Below are positions 1-9,096 of a stretch of DNA of 39,176 nt, piece after piece. The position numbers and the translations under genes are program-made. Each line of letters opens with the position of its first letter. Position 1 is the stretch's first letter. The stretch is from Anaerolineae bacterium (GTDB lineage: Bacteria; Chloroflexota; Anaerolineae; DUEN01): positions 1 through 39,176 of the forward strand of contig DAOUBB010000023.1 in NCBI GenBank assembly GCA_034432955.1, read 5' to 3'. The notes beneath the pieces were generated by a model, which saw only the letters and a program-made list of their open reading frames with translations, had not been told where the DNA came from and did not search any database.

Positions 1-101
1 GCCTCCGCAGGCTAAATCCAGTCGCCGTAGGGCGACTTCGCCGACGTTGCCCGCAGTTTCTAACGGCTGGGCCTCCAGCAACACCCAAGGGGGAGACCAC
101 C
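1..101 (+). repeat. Copy 1 of a ~101-bp direct repeat, truncated at its 5' end by the window edge. It contains hairpins GTCGCC-GTAG-GGCGAC, GCCCG..TGGGC and CCTCC..GGGGG, and sits 27 nt upstream of the cupredoxin-like gene.
   Basis: Matches 22936-23036 at 99/101 positions, read directly from the sequence. The differences are at position 23 (C vs T) and position 42 (C vs T). Confidence 0.9.
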
Positions 102-127
102 AAAATCCGAACGTGGAGGTTTAACTC

Positions 128-505
128 ATGACCCTAGACAAAGTTCTCGTCACCCTTGGCGGGCTGGCTGCCATTGGGTTCATCGTCTGGTTCTTCTGGC
201 TGGGCGAAAGGAAGGGCGTGCGGGCCACCCTGACCAGCAGCGGCTATCAAGAGGCGATGGTGCTGGTTAAGGGCGGCTACACACCGGACGTGATCCTCGT
301 CGAGCGCGGCAGGCCGGTGCGCCTGAACTTCGTCCGCGCGGAGTCCGCCTCGTGTTCGGAGATGGTGCTCTTCCCCGATTTCAGGAAGAGCGCCCAACTG
401 CCGGAAGGGGAGACCGTCCCCGTCGAGCTCATGCCCGACAGGGCCGGCGAGTTCGAGTTCCAGTGCCAGATGGGAATGCTGCGAGGAAAGCTGATCGTGG
501 AATGA
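128..505 (+). CDS. Cupredoxin-like small membrane-anchored copper-binding protein (PF13473-like).
   Basis: 125 aa with an N-terminal TM helix. It has a beta-rich C-terminal domain with SCSEM and FQCQMGM Cys/Met motifs. A GGAGG RBS lies 8 nt upstream of the ATG. Confidence 0.6.
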   Translation: MTLDKVLVTLGGLAAIGFIVWFFWLGERKGVRATLTSSGYQEAMVLVKGGYTPDVILVERGRPVRLNFVRAESASCSEMVLFPDFRKSAQLPEGETVPVELMPDRAGEFEFQCQMGMLRGKLIVE

Positions 506-599
506 GCCGGCCAGGCGGTTGAGTGTGGTGTTACTCCAGCCGATGACTTGCCCGTCGCGTGCCCCGGCAACAGGCTGGGCCTGTCTACCGCCCCAATCA

Positions 600-623
600 G
601 GTGACCGGCCAGTGCCGGTCACC
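600..623. terminator. Perfect 10-bp inverted repeat GGTGACCGGC-CAGT-GCCGGTCACC between convergent genes. It is a candidate bidirectional intrinsic terminator; only a weak T-tract (TCCTTTA) follows on the + strand.
   Basis: Hairpin read directly from the sequence. It sits immediately 3' of the stop at 628-630 and 95 nt after the stop at 505. Confidence 0.5.
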
Positions 624-627
624 TCCT

Positions 628-1710
628 TTAGCGCCGGTAGCGCACCTCCACCGGCACGTAGTCCGTGTCATACCCGAAGTATCGCGGGCCCACCAGGGCC
701 AGGCCGGCCGGCGTGCGCCACTTCTCGTGGCACGGGATGCCCAGGATCACGACTCGAAAACCGTAGCGCAGGCTTTCCGTCGTGATGGGCTGGCCGGTCT
801 CGGCGTCCAGGACGGCGATCAGGTCGGGCACGGTGACGACGATCCGGCCGTCCACCGCCGCCACCAGATGCTCGTTCTGAAAATGGAGCTGCATGCGCTG
901 GCCAGCATATCCGTCCATCCCCTCGAAGGTGGCCTCCCCGCGCGCGAAGCCGGTCTCCGTCCGCCGCTGCACATCCGTGATCTTGCCGCGGAAAATCTCA
1001 AAACCGCCGGTGACCTCCTGCACAGCCGCGATCACGTCGCGGTTGGTGTGACGTGCCTCCCGGATGGTACGCCCGATGCGCTCCGCCAGCGTGATGGTGC
1101 CCGGCACGCTGCACTCCTTGAGCTGGCGACCGGTCGCCGCGTAGCAGGCGATGAGAGCGGTGCACCCCATGTCAATCGTGATGCTGCGGGCCAGCCTCTC
1201 TGTCCAGTGATTGTCAATGGTGTTCAGGATCGCGCTGTTCCCCTTCTCGTCCGCCATGGCAAACGGCGTGGCCGAGATGCCGTACAGCGTATGGGTCACC
1301 ATGGGAATCTCAGGAAAGGCGCGGCCCATGCCGTCGCAGTCCACCATCGGCAACCCCAGCCGGGCAGCCACCGTGATCGGGATGGTCGAGTTGAGCCCTC
1401 CCGCCTCGATGGACATGGTGGCGTGGATCTTCCTGCCGAGGTAGTCCTCCAGGGCCCGAAATGCCTTGATCGCCTCATCCCCCTGCGGCAGCTTCTCCAC
1501 CATGACGGTGGGAGCCCCCATCATGGCAGCGGGCACGATCAGATCGTCGTCGCCGATCTCATCCAGGGAAAGCAGGGTCACCGGGCCATACTTCTCGATG
1601 GCATGGATCGCCATGAGCTTGCCGATGTAGGGATCGCCCCCGCCGCCGGTGCCCAGCACGGCGGCTCCCAGGGCCAGGTCTTCCACGTTCTGAACGTCCA
1701 ACTTTCTCAT
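628..1710 (-). CDS. DUF917 (PF06032) family protein, paralog A.
   Basis: GTGGGGDPYIGKL N-terminal motif and strong co-linearity with the neighbouring paralog. Start chosen at MRKLD (ATG at 1710), preceded by AGGAGGAGG; the longer ORF upstream is read-through. Confidence 0.8.
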   Translation of the reverse strand: MRKLDVQNVEDLALGAAVLGTGGGGDPYIGKLMAIHAIEKYGPVTLLSLDEIGDDDLIVPAAMMGAPTVMVEKLPQGDEAIKAFRALEDYLGRKIHATMSIEAGGLNSTIPITVAARLGLPMVDCDGMGRAFPEIPMVTHTLYGISATPFAMADEKGNSAILNTIDNHWTERLARSITIDMGCTALIACYAATGRQLKECSVPGTITLAERIGRTIREARHTNRDVIAAVQEVTGGFEIFRGKITDVQRRTETGFARGEATFEGMDGYAGQRMQLHFQNEHLVAAVDGRIVVTVPDLIAVLDAETGQPITTESLRYGFRVVILGIPCHEKWRTPAGLALVGPRYFGYDTDYVPVEVRYRR

Positions 1711-1748
1711 AAAACGCCTCCTCCTGGGAAGGACAGCCCTCCGAGGTC

Positions 1749-2966
1749 TCAGATAATGCCTCCTCCCTTCCGCTTGGGCAAGGGATGATATTCCACCTGG
1801 TAACCGAACGCCTGGGGGCCGACCACCGCCAGCGCCTCCGGGGTGCGCAGCTTGTCCGAGCATGGGATGCTCAACACCGTCACGCGAAAGCCATAGCGCA
1901 GAAGCTCCGTGGTGATCGGCTCGCCACTGTCGTCATCCACGATGCAGATCAGGTCGGGGACGGTAGCCCGGACCTCACTGGATTGGGATGCCCCCTGTGC
2001 TGGGGTGCAGAGGTGCAGGGGTGATTCTCCCCCGCTCCTCTGCTCCCTTGCTCCTCCGCTCCCCTGCTCCCCTGCTCCCTGGCTCCCCTGCCGCACCCAG
2101 GCGATCAGGTTCTCGTTCTGAAACTCGATGAGCATCTCCTGGCCAGCGTACGAATCCATCCCGGCGATGGTGGCCGTGCCGCGGGCGAAGCCCCCCGTAG
2201 TGCGCCGGGCCACGTCGGTGAGCTTGCCGCGGAAGATCACCTGGCCGTCGCTCAGCTCCAGGATGCCCTGAATGGGATCCTGCCCCTGCCGCCGCGCGGC
2301 CCGCACTCGATCGCCGATCGCTTTGGCCAGGGAGAGGGTGTGCCACACGGCGGTGCGCTTCACCTGGGCGCCCGTCATCGGGGCCATGGCAAAGGTGGCC
2401 GTGCACCCCATCGCAATCGTGACCGAACGCGCCAGGCGTTCGAGCGTGCGGGCGTCCTGCGCCCGATCGAACAGGACCACGTTGCCCTTCTCATCGCACA
2501 GCACGGCCGGCGTGGGATCCACGCCGTAGATGAAGAACGAGGTCATGGGGATCTCGGGGAAGGCGCGCCCCATCCCGTCGGCGTCCACGACGGGCAGGCC
2601 GACCTGCGCGGCCGCGATCAGCGGGGCCACCGAGTTCCCTCCGCCGATCTCCACCGAGATCAGGGCGTCGGCTCGCCGGCCCAGAAACGCCTCGAGAGCT
2701 CGCAACGCGCGCACCTCCTCATCGCCCCGTTCGAGCTTCTCTACGCCCACCGTCGGGGCGCCAATGCCGCCTACGGTGATCACCAGCGCGTCGTCCGGCA
2801 GATCCTCAGGCGGGATGATGGAAACGCGGCGCCCCTCTTCCAGCAGGCAACGCGTGCGGAGCTTGCCCAGGTACGGATTGCCACCCCCTCCGGTGCCCAG
2901 GATCCCCGCCCCGATCGCAATGGACTCCAGGTCTTCAATGCTTAACATCCATGTCGGGCTTCTCAT
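1749..2966 (-). CDS. DUF917 family protein, paralog B, carrying a ~43-aa low-complexity insertion. Start may be 2966 or 2948.
   Basis: GTGGGGNPYLGKL motif; aligns along its length with paralog A. The insertion lies between FQNENLIAWV and TVPDL. GGAGG sits 4 nt before the ATG at 2966. Confidence 0.75.
   Translation of the reverse strand: MRSPTWMLSIEDLESIAIGAGILGTGGGGNPYLGKLRTRCLLEEGRRVSIIPPEDLPDDALVITVGGIGAPTVGVEKLERGDEEVRALRALEAFLGRRADALISVEIGGGNSVAPLIAAAQVGLPVVDADGMGRAFPEIPMTSFFIYGVDPTPAVLCDEKGNVVLFDRAQDARTLERLARSVTIAMGCTATFAMAPMTGAQVKRTAVWHTLSLAKAIGDRVRAARRQGQDPIQGILELSDGQVIFRGKLTDVARRTTGGFARGTATIAGMDSYAGQEMLIEFQNENLIAWVRQGSQGAGEQGSGGAREQRSGGESPLHLCTPAQGASQSSEVRATVPDLICIVDDDSGEPITTELLRYGFRVTVLSIPCSDKLRTPEALAVVGPQAFGYQVEYHPLPKRKGGGII
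2040..2100. repeat. Microsatellite-like tandem TGCTCCC / GCTCCCC(T) tract, about 6 units, inside DUF917-B. On the minus strand it encodes an (A)(G/R)EQ(G/R)SGG x2 repeat.
   Basis: Seen directly: ctgctcccttgctcctccgctcccctgctcccctgctccctggctcccc. The corresponding loop is absent from paralog A. Confidence 0.7.
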
Positions 2967-3057
2967 CCCCCCTCCACAGAGGAAGGCAAGTGCAGGAGCT
3001 GCAATAGGGTTTTCTGGAGGGGAAACCCCTCCAGGCCTCCTCCCTGCCCATTCCAGG

Positions 3058-4599
3058 TTATTCCAGTTGGAGATCGCCTACTGCCTTGACCCGGATGCGG
3101 GTGGCGTTGCTGGGCAGATAGGTGAGCGGTACCTCTTCGACGTCCACGATCTGGATGGTCTCTTTGGCCGCGCCGGCCGCCAGCGCCTTGGCAATCGCTT
3201 CTTCTTTGGCCTGGTGGAGCGCCTCTTCTCGCGACATGGTTGCCAGGGAGAAAATGCGATCGGTCTCCGCGCCGACCTGGGCGATGGCTGCGCCGATGGC
3301 GTTGGCCACCGCATAGTGCTCAGGTCGGATGATCTCGGAGGCGCCGGCTACCGGGCGTGAGACCAGGATGGTCCCCCCACCCACCAGGATCACCGGGATC
3401 GGCTCGGCGCTCGTCTTCATACGATCCACAGCGGCGTCCACCATTCGCTGCATCAGATCCAACGCCTCGCGCACGAAGCTGCCATCCAGGGAGCGCACCG
3501 CGCTGCGGTCGCCGATGTCCGCCAGTCCGCCCGCCACGGCGATGTCGGTGGCCGTCAGCACATCGCCACCGAAAACCCAGGCCTTCGTGGTCAACTCGTA
3601 GCCCACGCTTTGCGGGCCGATCTTGAGGGGATCGCGCGTCACCAGGCTGCCGCCGCCCAGGCCGAAGGAGTAGACGTCGGGCATGCGGAAGTTGGTGCGC
3701 ACGCCGCCGATCTCCACCGCCACCGAGGCCTCACGCGGGAAGCCGTGGATGAGCATCCCGACGTCGGAGGTCGTGCCGCCCAGGTCCACGACCATGGCCT
3801 CCTTCACCCCGGAGAGGAAGGCCGCGCCGCGCATGCTGTTGGTGGGCCCAGAGGCGAAGGTGAAGACGGGGTACTTCTCGGCGAACTCGGCGCTCATCAG
3901 GGTGCCGTCGTTCTGGCTCAGGTAGAACGGCGCCTGGATGCTCATCTCGGCCAGGGCCTGCCGGAAGGACGCGACGATGCGCCGGGCCAGGTCCCTCAGG
4001 CAGGCGTTCATGATCGCCGCGTTCTCCCGCTCTAGCAGCCCGATGCGGCCGATCTCATGGGAACGAGTGATGCTGGCATCGGGGATCTCGTCTTGCAGGA
4101 TCTCGGCGGCCCAGTTCTCGTCCTCTGGGTTCACCGGGGAGAAGACGCTGGAGACGGCGATCGCCCGGATACCCTTGTCTTTGATCTCTCGGGCCACCTG
4201 GCGCAGCTCTCGCTCATCCGGTTGGGAGATGCGCCGGCCGTCGAACTCGTGGCCGCCATGGACCAGATACCAGTGGTTGCCGATCGCCTCGCGCAGGTCA
4301 GGCGGCCAGTCCACCATGGGAGGCAGCCCAGCGGTGGCCGGCAGTCCCAGCCGCACCGCGGCCGTAGGCACCAAATGTTTGCGCTCGACCACGGCGTTGG
4401 TGAAATGAGTCGTCCCGATCATCACGGCGGTGATCGCTGCCGGGTCCACGCGCGTCCTGGCGAGCAGGTTTCTGAGAGCCGTCGTGATGCCCGTGCTGAC
4501 GTCCGGGGTGGTAGGCGTCTTCACCGCATCCACCACCGTCATGCCCTTCATGAGCACCGCGTCGGTATTGGTGCCGCCTACGTCTATGCCGATTCTCAT
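3058..4599 (-). CDS. Hydantoinase/oxoprolinase-family protein (HyuA-like ATPase; Hydant_A_N plus Hydantoinase_A folds).
   Basis: N-terminal MRIGIDVGGTNTDAV sugar-kinase/actin-fold motif, and a second glycine-rich DLGGTTSD motif. 513 aa. GGAGG RBS 5 nt upstream. Confidence 0.8.
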   Translation of the reverse strand: MRIGIDVGGTNTDAVLMKGMTVVDAVKTPTTPDVSTGITTALRNLLARTRVDPAAITAVMIGTTHFTNAVVERKHLVPTAAVRLGLPATAGLPPMVDWPPDLREAIGNHWYLVHGGHEFDGRRISQPDERELRQVAREIKDKGIRAIAVSSVFSPVNPEDENWAAEILQDEIPDASITRSHEIGRIGLLERENAAIMNACLRDLARRIVASFRQALAEMSIQAPFYLSQNDGTLMSAEFAEKYPVFTFASGPTNSMRGAAFLSGVKEAMVVDLGGTTSDVGMLIHGFPREASVAVEIGGVRTNFRMPDVYSFGLGGGSLVTRDPLKIGPQSVGYELTTKAWVFGGDVLTATDIAVAGGLADIGDRSAVRSLDGSFVREALDLMQRMVDAAVDRMKTSAEPIPVILVGGGTILVSRPVAGASEIIRPEHYAVANAIGAAIAQVGAETDRIFSLATMSREEALHQAKEEAIAKALAAGAAKETIQIVDVEEVPLTYLPSNATRIRVKAVGDLQLE

Positions 4600-4650
4600 C
4601 CCAGCCTCCTTGGTTTCAGCGATCAGCGATGAGCAGCCAGCGGCCAGCGA

Positions 4651-5649
4651 TCAGCGATTCGCTGAGGGTTGGCCGCTGACCGCTACCAGGTGACAGGCCA
4701 CGAGGTGGCCCTGGCCGATGTCCAGGAGAAGAGGCACGCGCTCCATGCAGGCGCGGACCTTCGGGGCCGGGCAGCGCGGCGCGAAGGGACAGCCTTGTAT
4801 CCGGCCGGCCAACGTGGAAATCTCCCCCTGCAAGACGATCTGCTCCCTCTGATGGTCCGGGTCAGGCTCCGGCATGGCCGACAGCAGGGCCTGCGTGTAC
4901 GGGTGCTGAGGGGCGTCGAAGATCTGATCCACGGTCCCCAGCTCCACGATGCGCCCCAGGTACATCAGGGCCACCCGGTCGCACATGTAGCGGATCACGC
5001 CCAGGTCATGCGAGATCACCAGATAGGTCAGGTTCAGGCGCTGTTGCAGATCCAACAACAGGTTGAGGATCTGCGCCTGAACGGAGACATCGAGGGCGGA
5101 GGTGGGCTCGTCCAGGATGATGAGCCTGGGCTGCAAGGCCAGCGCGCGGGCGATGCCGATGCGCTGGCGCTGGCCGCCGCTGAACTCGTGGGGATAGCGA
5201 TGCAGGTGGTCCTCGGTCAGACCGACCAGCCGCGCCAGCTCCCGCACGCGTGCTTCCAGCTCGGCCCCTCGCGCCAGGCGGTGGATGATGATCGGCTCGG
5301 CGATGATCTGCTTTACCTTCATGCGGGGGTTCAACGACGAGAAGGGGTCCTGGAAGACGATCTGCATGTGCGCGCGATAGCCGCGCATCTCCCGCTCGGA
5401 CAGCCTGAGCACATCCCGTCCCTCGAAGAGGACCTGGCCTGACGTGGGCTCGATGAGGCGGAGGATCAACTTGCCCAGGGTGGTCTTGCCCGATCCGGAT
5501 TCACCCACCAGCCCGAACGACTCTCCCGCGTAGATCTCCAGGTCCACGCCGTCTACGGCGCGAATGTCGTCTACATGGCGACGGAAGAGGCCGCCGCGCA
5601 CGGGGAAGTATTTGGTGAGCTGACGGACCTGCAAGAGAGGACCGCTCAT
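4651..5649 (-). CDS. oppF: Oligopeptide/dipeptide ABC transporter ATP-binding protein (OppF/DppF-like).
   Basis: Walker A GESGSGKTT, signature LSGGQRQR and Walker B ILDEPTSALD, plus the C-terminal oligopeptide-ABC extension. Start chosen at MSGPLLQV; this overlaps oppD by ~36 nt, and the alternative start is 5712. Confidence 0.8.
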   Translation of the reverse strand: MSGPLLQVRQLTKYFPVRGGLFRRHVDDIRAVDGVDLEIYAGESFGLVGESGSGKTTLGKLILRLIEPTSGQVLFEGRDVLRLSEREMRGYRAHMQIVFQDPFSSLNPRMKVKQIIAEPIIIHRLARGAELEARVRELARLVGLTEDHLHRYPHEFSGGQRQRIGIARALALQPRLIILDEPTSALDVSVQAQILNLLLDLQQRLNLTYLVISHDLGVIRYMCDRVALMYLGRIVELGTVDQIFDAPQHPYTQALLSAMPEPDPDHQREQIVLQGEISTLAGRIQGCPFAPRCPAPKVRACMERVPLLLDIGQGHLVACHLVAVSGQPSANR

Positions 5650-5683
5650 CGGCTGGAGCTCTCCATGCAACGCATCGTGTCTC

Positions 5684-6718
5684 TCACGTGTCGTATAGAT
5701 GGCACGCCACATGATGATCGTGCCCGATGGGCCGCATGGCGGGAGGCGGCTCCAGGGCGCATCGGGGCATGGCGTGAGGGCAGCGGGGATGGAAGCGACA
5801 TCCGGCCGGCGGATTCACCAAGCTGGGGATGGAGCCGGCGATCCCCTGCAATTCCCCTTTCCCCTTGCTGCGCGTCGGCACGGCCTGCAACAAGCCACGG
5901 GTGTACGGGTGACGCGGCTCTTTGAAGATGCTGCGCACCGGCCCCTGCTCCACTACCCGGCCGGCGTACATCACCGCCGCCTTGTTGCAAACCCTAGCGA
6001 CGACACCCAGGTTATGGGTGATCAGCAGCACCGTCAGGTCCAGCTCGCGCACCAGGTCCTGGATCAGCCGCAAGATCTGGGCCTGGATGGAGACGTCGAG
6101 CGCGGTCGTGGGCTCGTCAGCGATGAGCAGCTCGGGCCGGCCCACGATCGCCATCGCGATCAACACCCGCTGCTTCATCCCGCCGCTGAACTCGTGGGGA
6201 TAGCTGGAGATACGCTGCTCGGGATCAGGGATGCCCACCATGCGCAACGCCTCAATGGCCATGCGACGCGCCTCCCGCCGGCGTTGGCGGCTCGACGGGA
6301 GCCATTTGGCGAACGGGGCCATCGCCATCGTGGCGGGGGCCTCCGCTTTGCTGAGGATAGCGTCCACCATTTGCTCTTCGATGGTGAAGACCGGGTTCAG
6401 GTTGGTGGTCGGGTCCTGGAAGATCATGGCCATCCGGGTGGCCCGCAGCCTGCGCAACTCCCCGTTGCCCATGTCCAGCACGTTCCTGCCGTCGAACAGC
6501 ACCTCCCCTCGGGCGATCTCGCCCGGCGGGCAGGGGATCAGGTGGGGGATGCTCAGCGCCGTCATCGTCTTGCCGCACCCCGTCTCGCCCACCAGCCCCA
6601 GCACATCGCCGCGGCGCAGCTCGAGGTTCACGCCGGCCAGCGCCCGCACCACGCCGTCAAAGGTGTGAAAGTTGACATGCAGGTCTCGAATCGTCACCAG
6701 TACGTCGTTGGCCACCAT
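5684..6718 (-). CDS. oppD: Oligopeptide/dipeptide ABC transporter ATP-binding protein (OppD/DppD-like).
   Basis: GETGCGKT Walker A, FSGGMKQR signature, IADEPTTALD Walker B and a C-terminal Cys-rich tail. Confidence 0.85.
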   Translation of the reverse strand: MVANDVLVTIRDLHVNFHTFDGVVRALAGVNLELRRGDVLGLVGETGCGKTMTALSIPHLIPCPPGEIARGEVLFDGRNVLDMGNGELRRLRATRMAMIFQDPTTNLNPVFTIEEQMVDAILSKAEAPATMAMAPFAKWLPSSRQRRREARRMAIEALRMVGIPDPEQRISSYPHEFSGGMKQRVLIAMAIVGRPELLIADEPTTALDVSIQAQILRLIQDLVRELDLTVLLITHNLGVVARVCNKAAVMYAGRVVEQGPVRSIFKEPRHPYTRGLLQAVPTRSKGKGELQGIAGSIPSLVNPPAGCRFHPRCPHAMPRCALEPPPAMRPIGHDHHVACHLYDT

Positions 6719-6796
6719 CGCCCCATACGAACGAAAGACGGATGCCCAAACACGCTGCCGCCGTCGTCCTTGGTCCGTCGTCCCTTGTCCTGCGCC

Positions 6797-7720
6797 TCAG
6801 CGCCTCGAGCGCGGGTCCACGACATCGCGCAGCCCGTCGCCCAGCAAGTTGAAGCCGAACACGGTCAGGAACATGGCCAGCCCGGGGAAGGTGGAGTACC
6901 ACCAGTAGTGGGGCAGATAGCCGCGCCCTTTCGAGATCATGGCTCCCCACTCGGGCACCGGGGGCTGGGCTCCCACGCCGATGAATCCCAGGGCGGCCAG
7001 GCTCAGGATGGCGAAGCCGATATCCATCGAGGCCTTGACGATGATGGCTGGGATGATGTTGGGCAGGATGTGGCGGAAGATGATGCGCAGGTGGCTGGCT
7101 CCCATCGCCTGGGCGGCCTGCACGTAGTCATCTTCCCGCGCGGACATCACCTGGGCCTGGACCAGCCGCGCGTAGCCCGGCCACCAGGTAATGGACAGGG
7201 CCAGCATCGCGTTGGTCACCCCCGGCCCCAGCGCGGCGGTGATGCTGAGGGCCAGGAAGATGCCAGGGAACGTCAGCATGATGTCCGCCAGGCGCATGAT
7301 GAGCTCGCTGACCCATCCCCCCAGATAGCCGGCCAGCCCGCCCAGGGTCACCCCGATGCTGATGGCGACCACCAGGATGATGACCCCCACCTGAAATGAG
7401 ATGCGGGTGCCTATCACGGTGCGGGTGAAGATGTCGCGTCCGACCTCGTCGGTGCCGAAGGGGTGGCGGAGGCTGGGAGGCTGGAACCGCTCCTCGATGT
7501 GCAACGTCCCCGTGGCGTCCTCCGGGTAAGGCACCCACCAGGGGCCGGTCAGCGCGACCAGGAAGAGGAACAGGACGATCCCCAGCCCGACCATCGAGAG
7601 CGTGCTCTGCCGGAAGCGATAGAGCGCGCGCCGCCCGTCCTCGATCAGGCTCTCATTTTCGTGGCGCCAACGCTGCCACCATCTTCTCAGGTCAACCCGG
7701 AAAGCGATCGCCTCGTTCAT
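6797..7720 (-). CDS. oppC: Peptide ABC transporter permease (OppC/DppC-like).
   Basis: Multi-TM protein with the binding-protein-dependent permease EAA-like region and the typical OppC N-terminus. Confidence 0.85.
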   Translation of the reverse strand: MNEAIAFRVDLRRWWQRWRHENESLIEDGRRALYRFRQSTLSMVGLGIVLFLFLVALTGPWWVPYPEDATGTLHIEERFQPPSLRHPFGTDEVGRDIFTRTVIGTRISFQVGVIILVVAISIGVTLGGLAGYLGGWVSELIMRLADIMLTFPGIFLALSITAALGPGVTNAMLALSITWWPGYARLVQAQVMSAREDDYVQAAQAMGASHLRIIFRHILPNIIPAIIVKASMDIGFAILSLAALGFIGVGAQPPVPEWGAMISKGRGYLPHYWWYSTFPGLAMFLTVFGFNLLGDGLRDVVDPRSRR

Positions 7721-7724
7721 TGAT

Positions 7725-7766
7725 CGTGATCCGTAATCCGTAACCCGTGATCCGTTATCCGTAGCG
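7725..7766. repeat. Imperfect 21-bp tandem duplication (tCGTGATCCGTaATCCGTAac / cCGTGATCCGTtATCCGTAgc) with four ATCCGT cores. It spans the oppB stop and the oppB-oppC spacer.
   Basis: Seen directly. Unit 2 encodes the OppB C-terminus (..IRYG*). Unit 1 is a non-coding copy in the 34-nt spacer before the oppC ATG. Confidence 0.7.
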
Positions 7767-8777
7767 GATGCGCGGGTCCAGCACGCCGTACATCAGGTCG
7801 GTGGCCAGATTCACCAGCGTGAAGAGCAGCCCCACAAACAGGGTGATCCCCATGATCGGCTGGAAGTCCAGGCTGAGGGCCGAGTTCATCGAATACAACC
7901 CCAGCCCTGGCCAGTTGAAGACCGTCTCCACCATGACGGAGCCGCCCAGCAGAAACCCGAACAGGAAGCCCAACATGGACACCGTGGCGATCAAGCCGTT
8001 TTTGAGCACATACTTGAACAGGATGATGCGCTCGGGGATCCCGTTCGCCCGCGCCATCCGCACGAAGTCCTTCTGCAGGACCTCCAGGATGTCGGCTCGC
8101 AGCAGGCGCATGATCAAGGCCAGGGCGATGAGCGACTGGGTCAGCGCCGGCAGGAAGATGTACTTCAGGGCAACAGCGAAACTCTTCAGATCGCCGAGCA
8201 GCAGCGTGTCGAGCAGCAGCAGCCGGGTGATCTCTTTGGGATAGGGAAGCCGTGGGTCGAACCGGCCACTGATGGGCAGCACGCGCAGCCACTGGCCCAG
8301 GATCAACTGGAGCATGATCGCCAACCAGAAGAGGGGCATGCTGATGCCAGAGAGGGCAACGACCCGGCTCACCTGATCCGGCCAGCGATCGCGATAGACC
8401 GCGGCCAGGATAGCGGCCGGGATGCCGATCACCACGGCAAAGGCCATCGAGACCAGCACCAATTCCAGCGTAGCGGGGAAGTAGTTAATGAGGTCGTCCC
8501 GCACCAGGTGGTGGTTGAGCATGGAGCGGCCCAGGTTGCCCTGAAAGAGCCCCTTCATGTAGTTCAGGTACTGGATGACCAGGGGCTTGTCCAGCCCGAA
8601 CTCTTCGGTGAGCCGCTGGATCTCCTCCGGTTTCGCCTGGGGGCCTGCCGCCAGCTTCACCGGATCCCCCGGCACCACGTGAGAGACCACAAAAGTGACG
8701 ACGGAAAGCCCGAAGAGAACAGGGATGATCAAAAGCAACCGCCGAATGACATAATAACGAAGTTGCATGCCTTGCAT
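7755..8777 (-). CDS. oppB: Peptide ABC transporter permease (OppB/DppB-like). Start uncertain among 8777, 8768 and 8807.
   Basis: The N-terminal YVIRRLLLIIPVLFGLSVVTFV motif is diagnostic of OppB/DppB, and the protein is multi-TM. Confidence 0.85.
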   Translation of the reverse strand: MQGMQLRYYVIRRLLLIIPVLFGLSVVTFVVSHVVPGDPVKLAAGPQAKPEEIQRLTEEFGLDKPLVIQYLNYMKGLFQGNLGRSMLNHHLVRDDLINYFPATLELVLVSMAFAVVIGIPAAILAAVYRDRWPDQVSRVVALSGISMPLFWLAIMLQLILGQWLRVLPISGRFDPRLPYPKEITRLLLLDTLLLGDLKSFAVALKYIFLPALTQSLIALALIMRLLRADILEVLQKDFVRMARANGIPERIILFKYVLKNGLIATVSMLGFLFGFLLGGSVMVETVFNWPGLGLYSMNSALSLDFQPIMGITLFVGLLFTLVNLATDLMYGVLDPRIRYG

Positions 8778-8789
8778 TCCTGACACGGG

Positions 8790-9096
8790 TCCTTGGGGGT
8801 TTGACAAGCGGCTTCGTCGCCTGCCACCCCCCCAAAACCCTCAAGGGCGAATATCCCTTTCGCCACGCCTAGCAGGGGAGGTCTGGAGGGGGCGAACTCC
8901 CCTCCGGAAAGACTTTTTGAAGCCTGTTCACCTGCCCGGTGGGGACCTGAAGGGGTCTTTTGAGGCCCCAACCAGGCAGGCAAGAGGCTTAAAAAGGCCA
9001 TTCTGTGGAGGGGATCTCCTCTCTACACCACCCCCGCAGGGGCACCCGTCCGTCCCTGAAGCCCAATTCGGGGGAGGGGCTGAGGGCAGGGGCAAA
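8790..9096 (-). promoter_or_regulatory. ~300-bp hairpin-rich intercistronic region between the binding-protein gene and oppB. Likely mRNA-stabilising or attenuating stem-loops.
   Basis: Inverted repeats read from the sequence, for example GGAGGGG-gcgaact-CCCCTCC and GGGGTC-ttttga-GGCCCC. No credible ORF is present. Confidence 0.5.

Noticed and set aside
506-627. Small ORF 519-785 (+), 88 aa, in the convergent intergenic region.
   Set aside because: It is mostly antisense to DUF917-A, has a Pro/Arg/Ala-rich composition, and has no RBS. The region is better explained by the 10-bp terminator hairpin.
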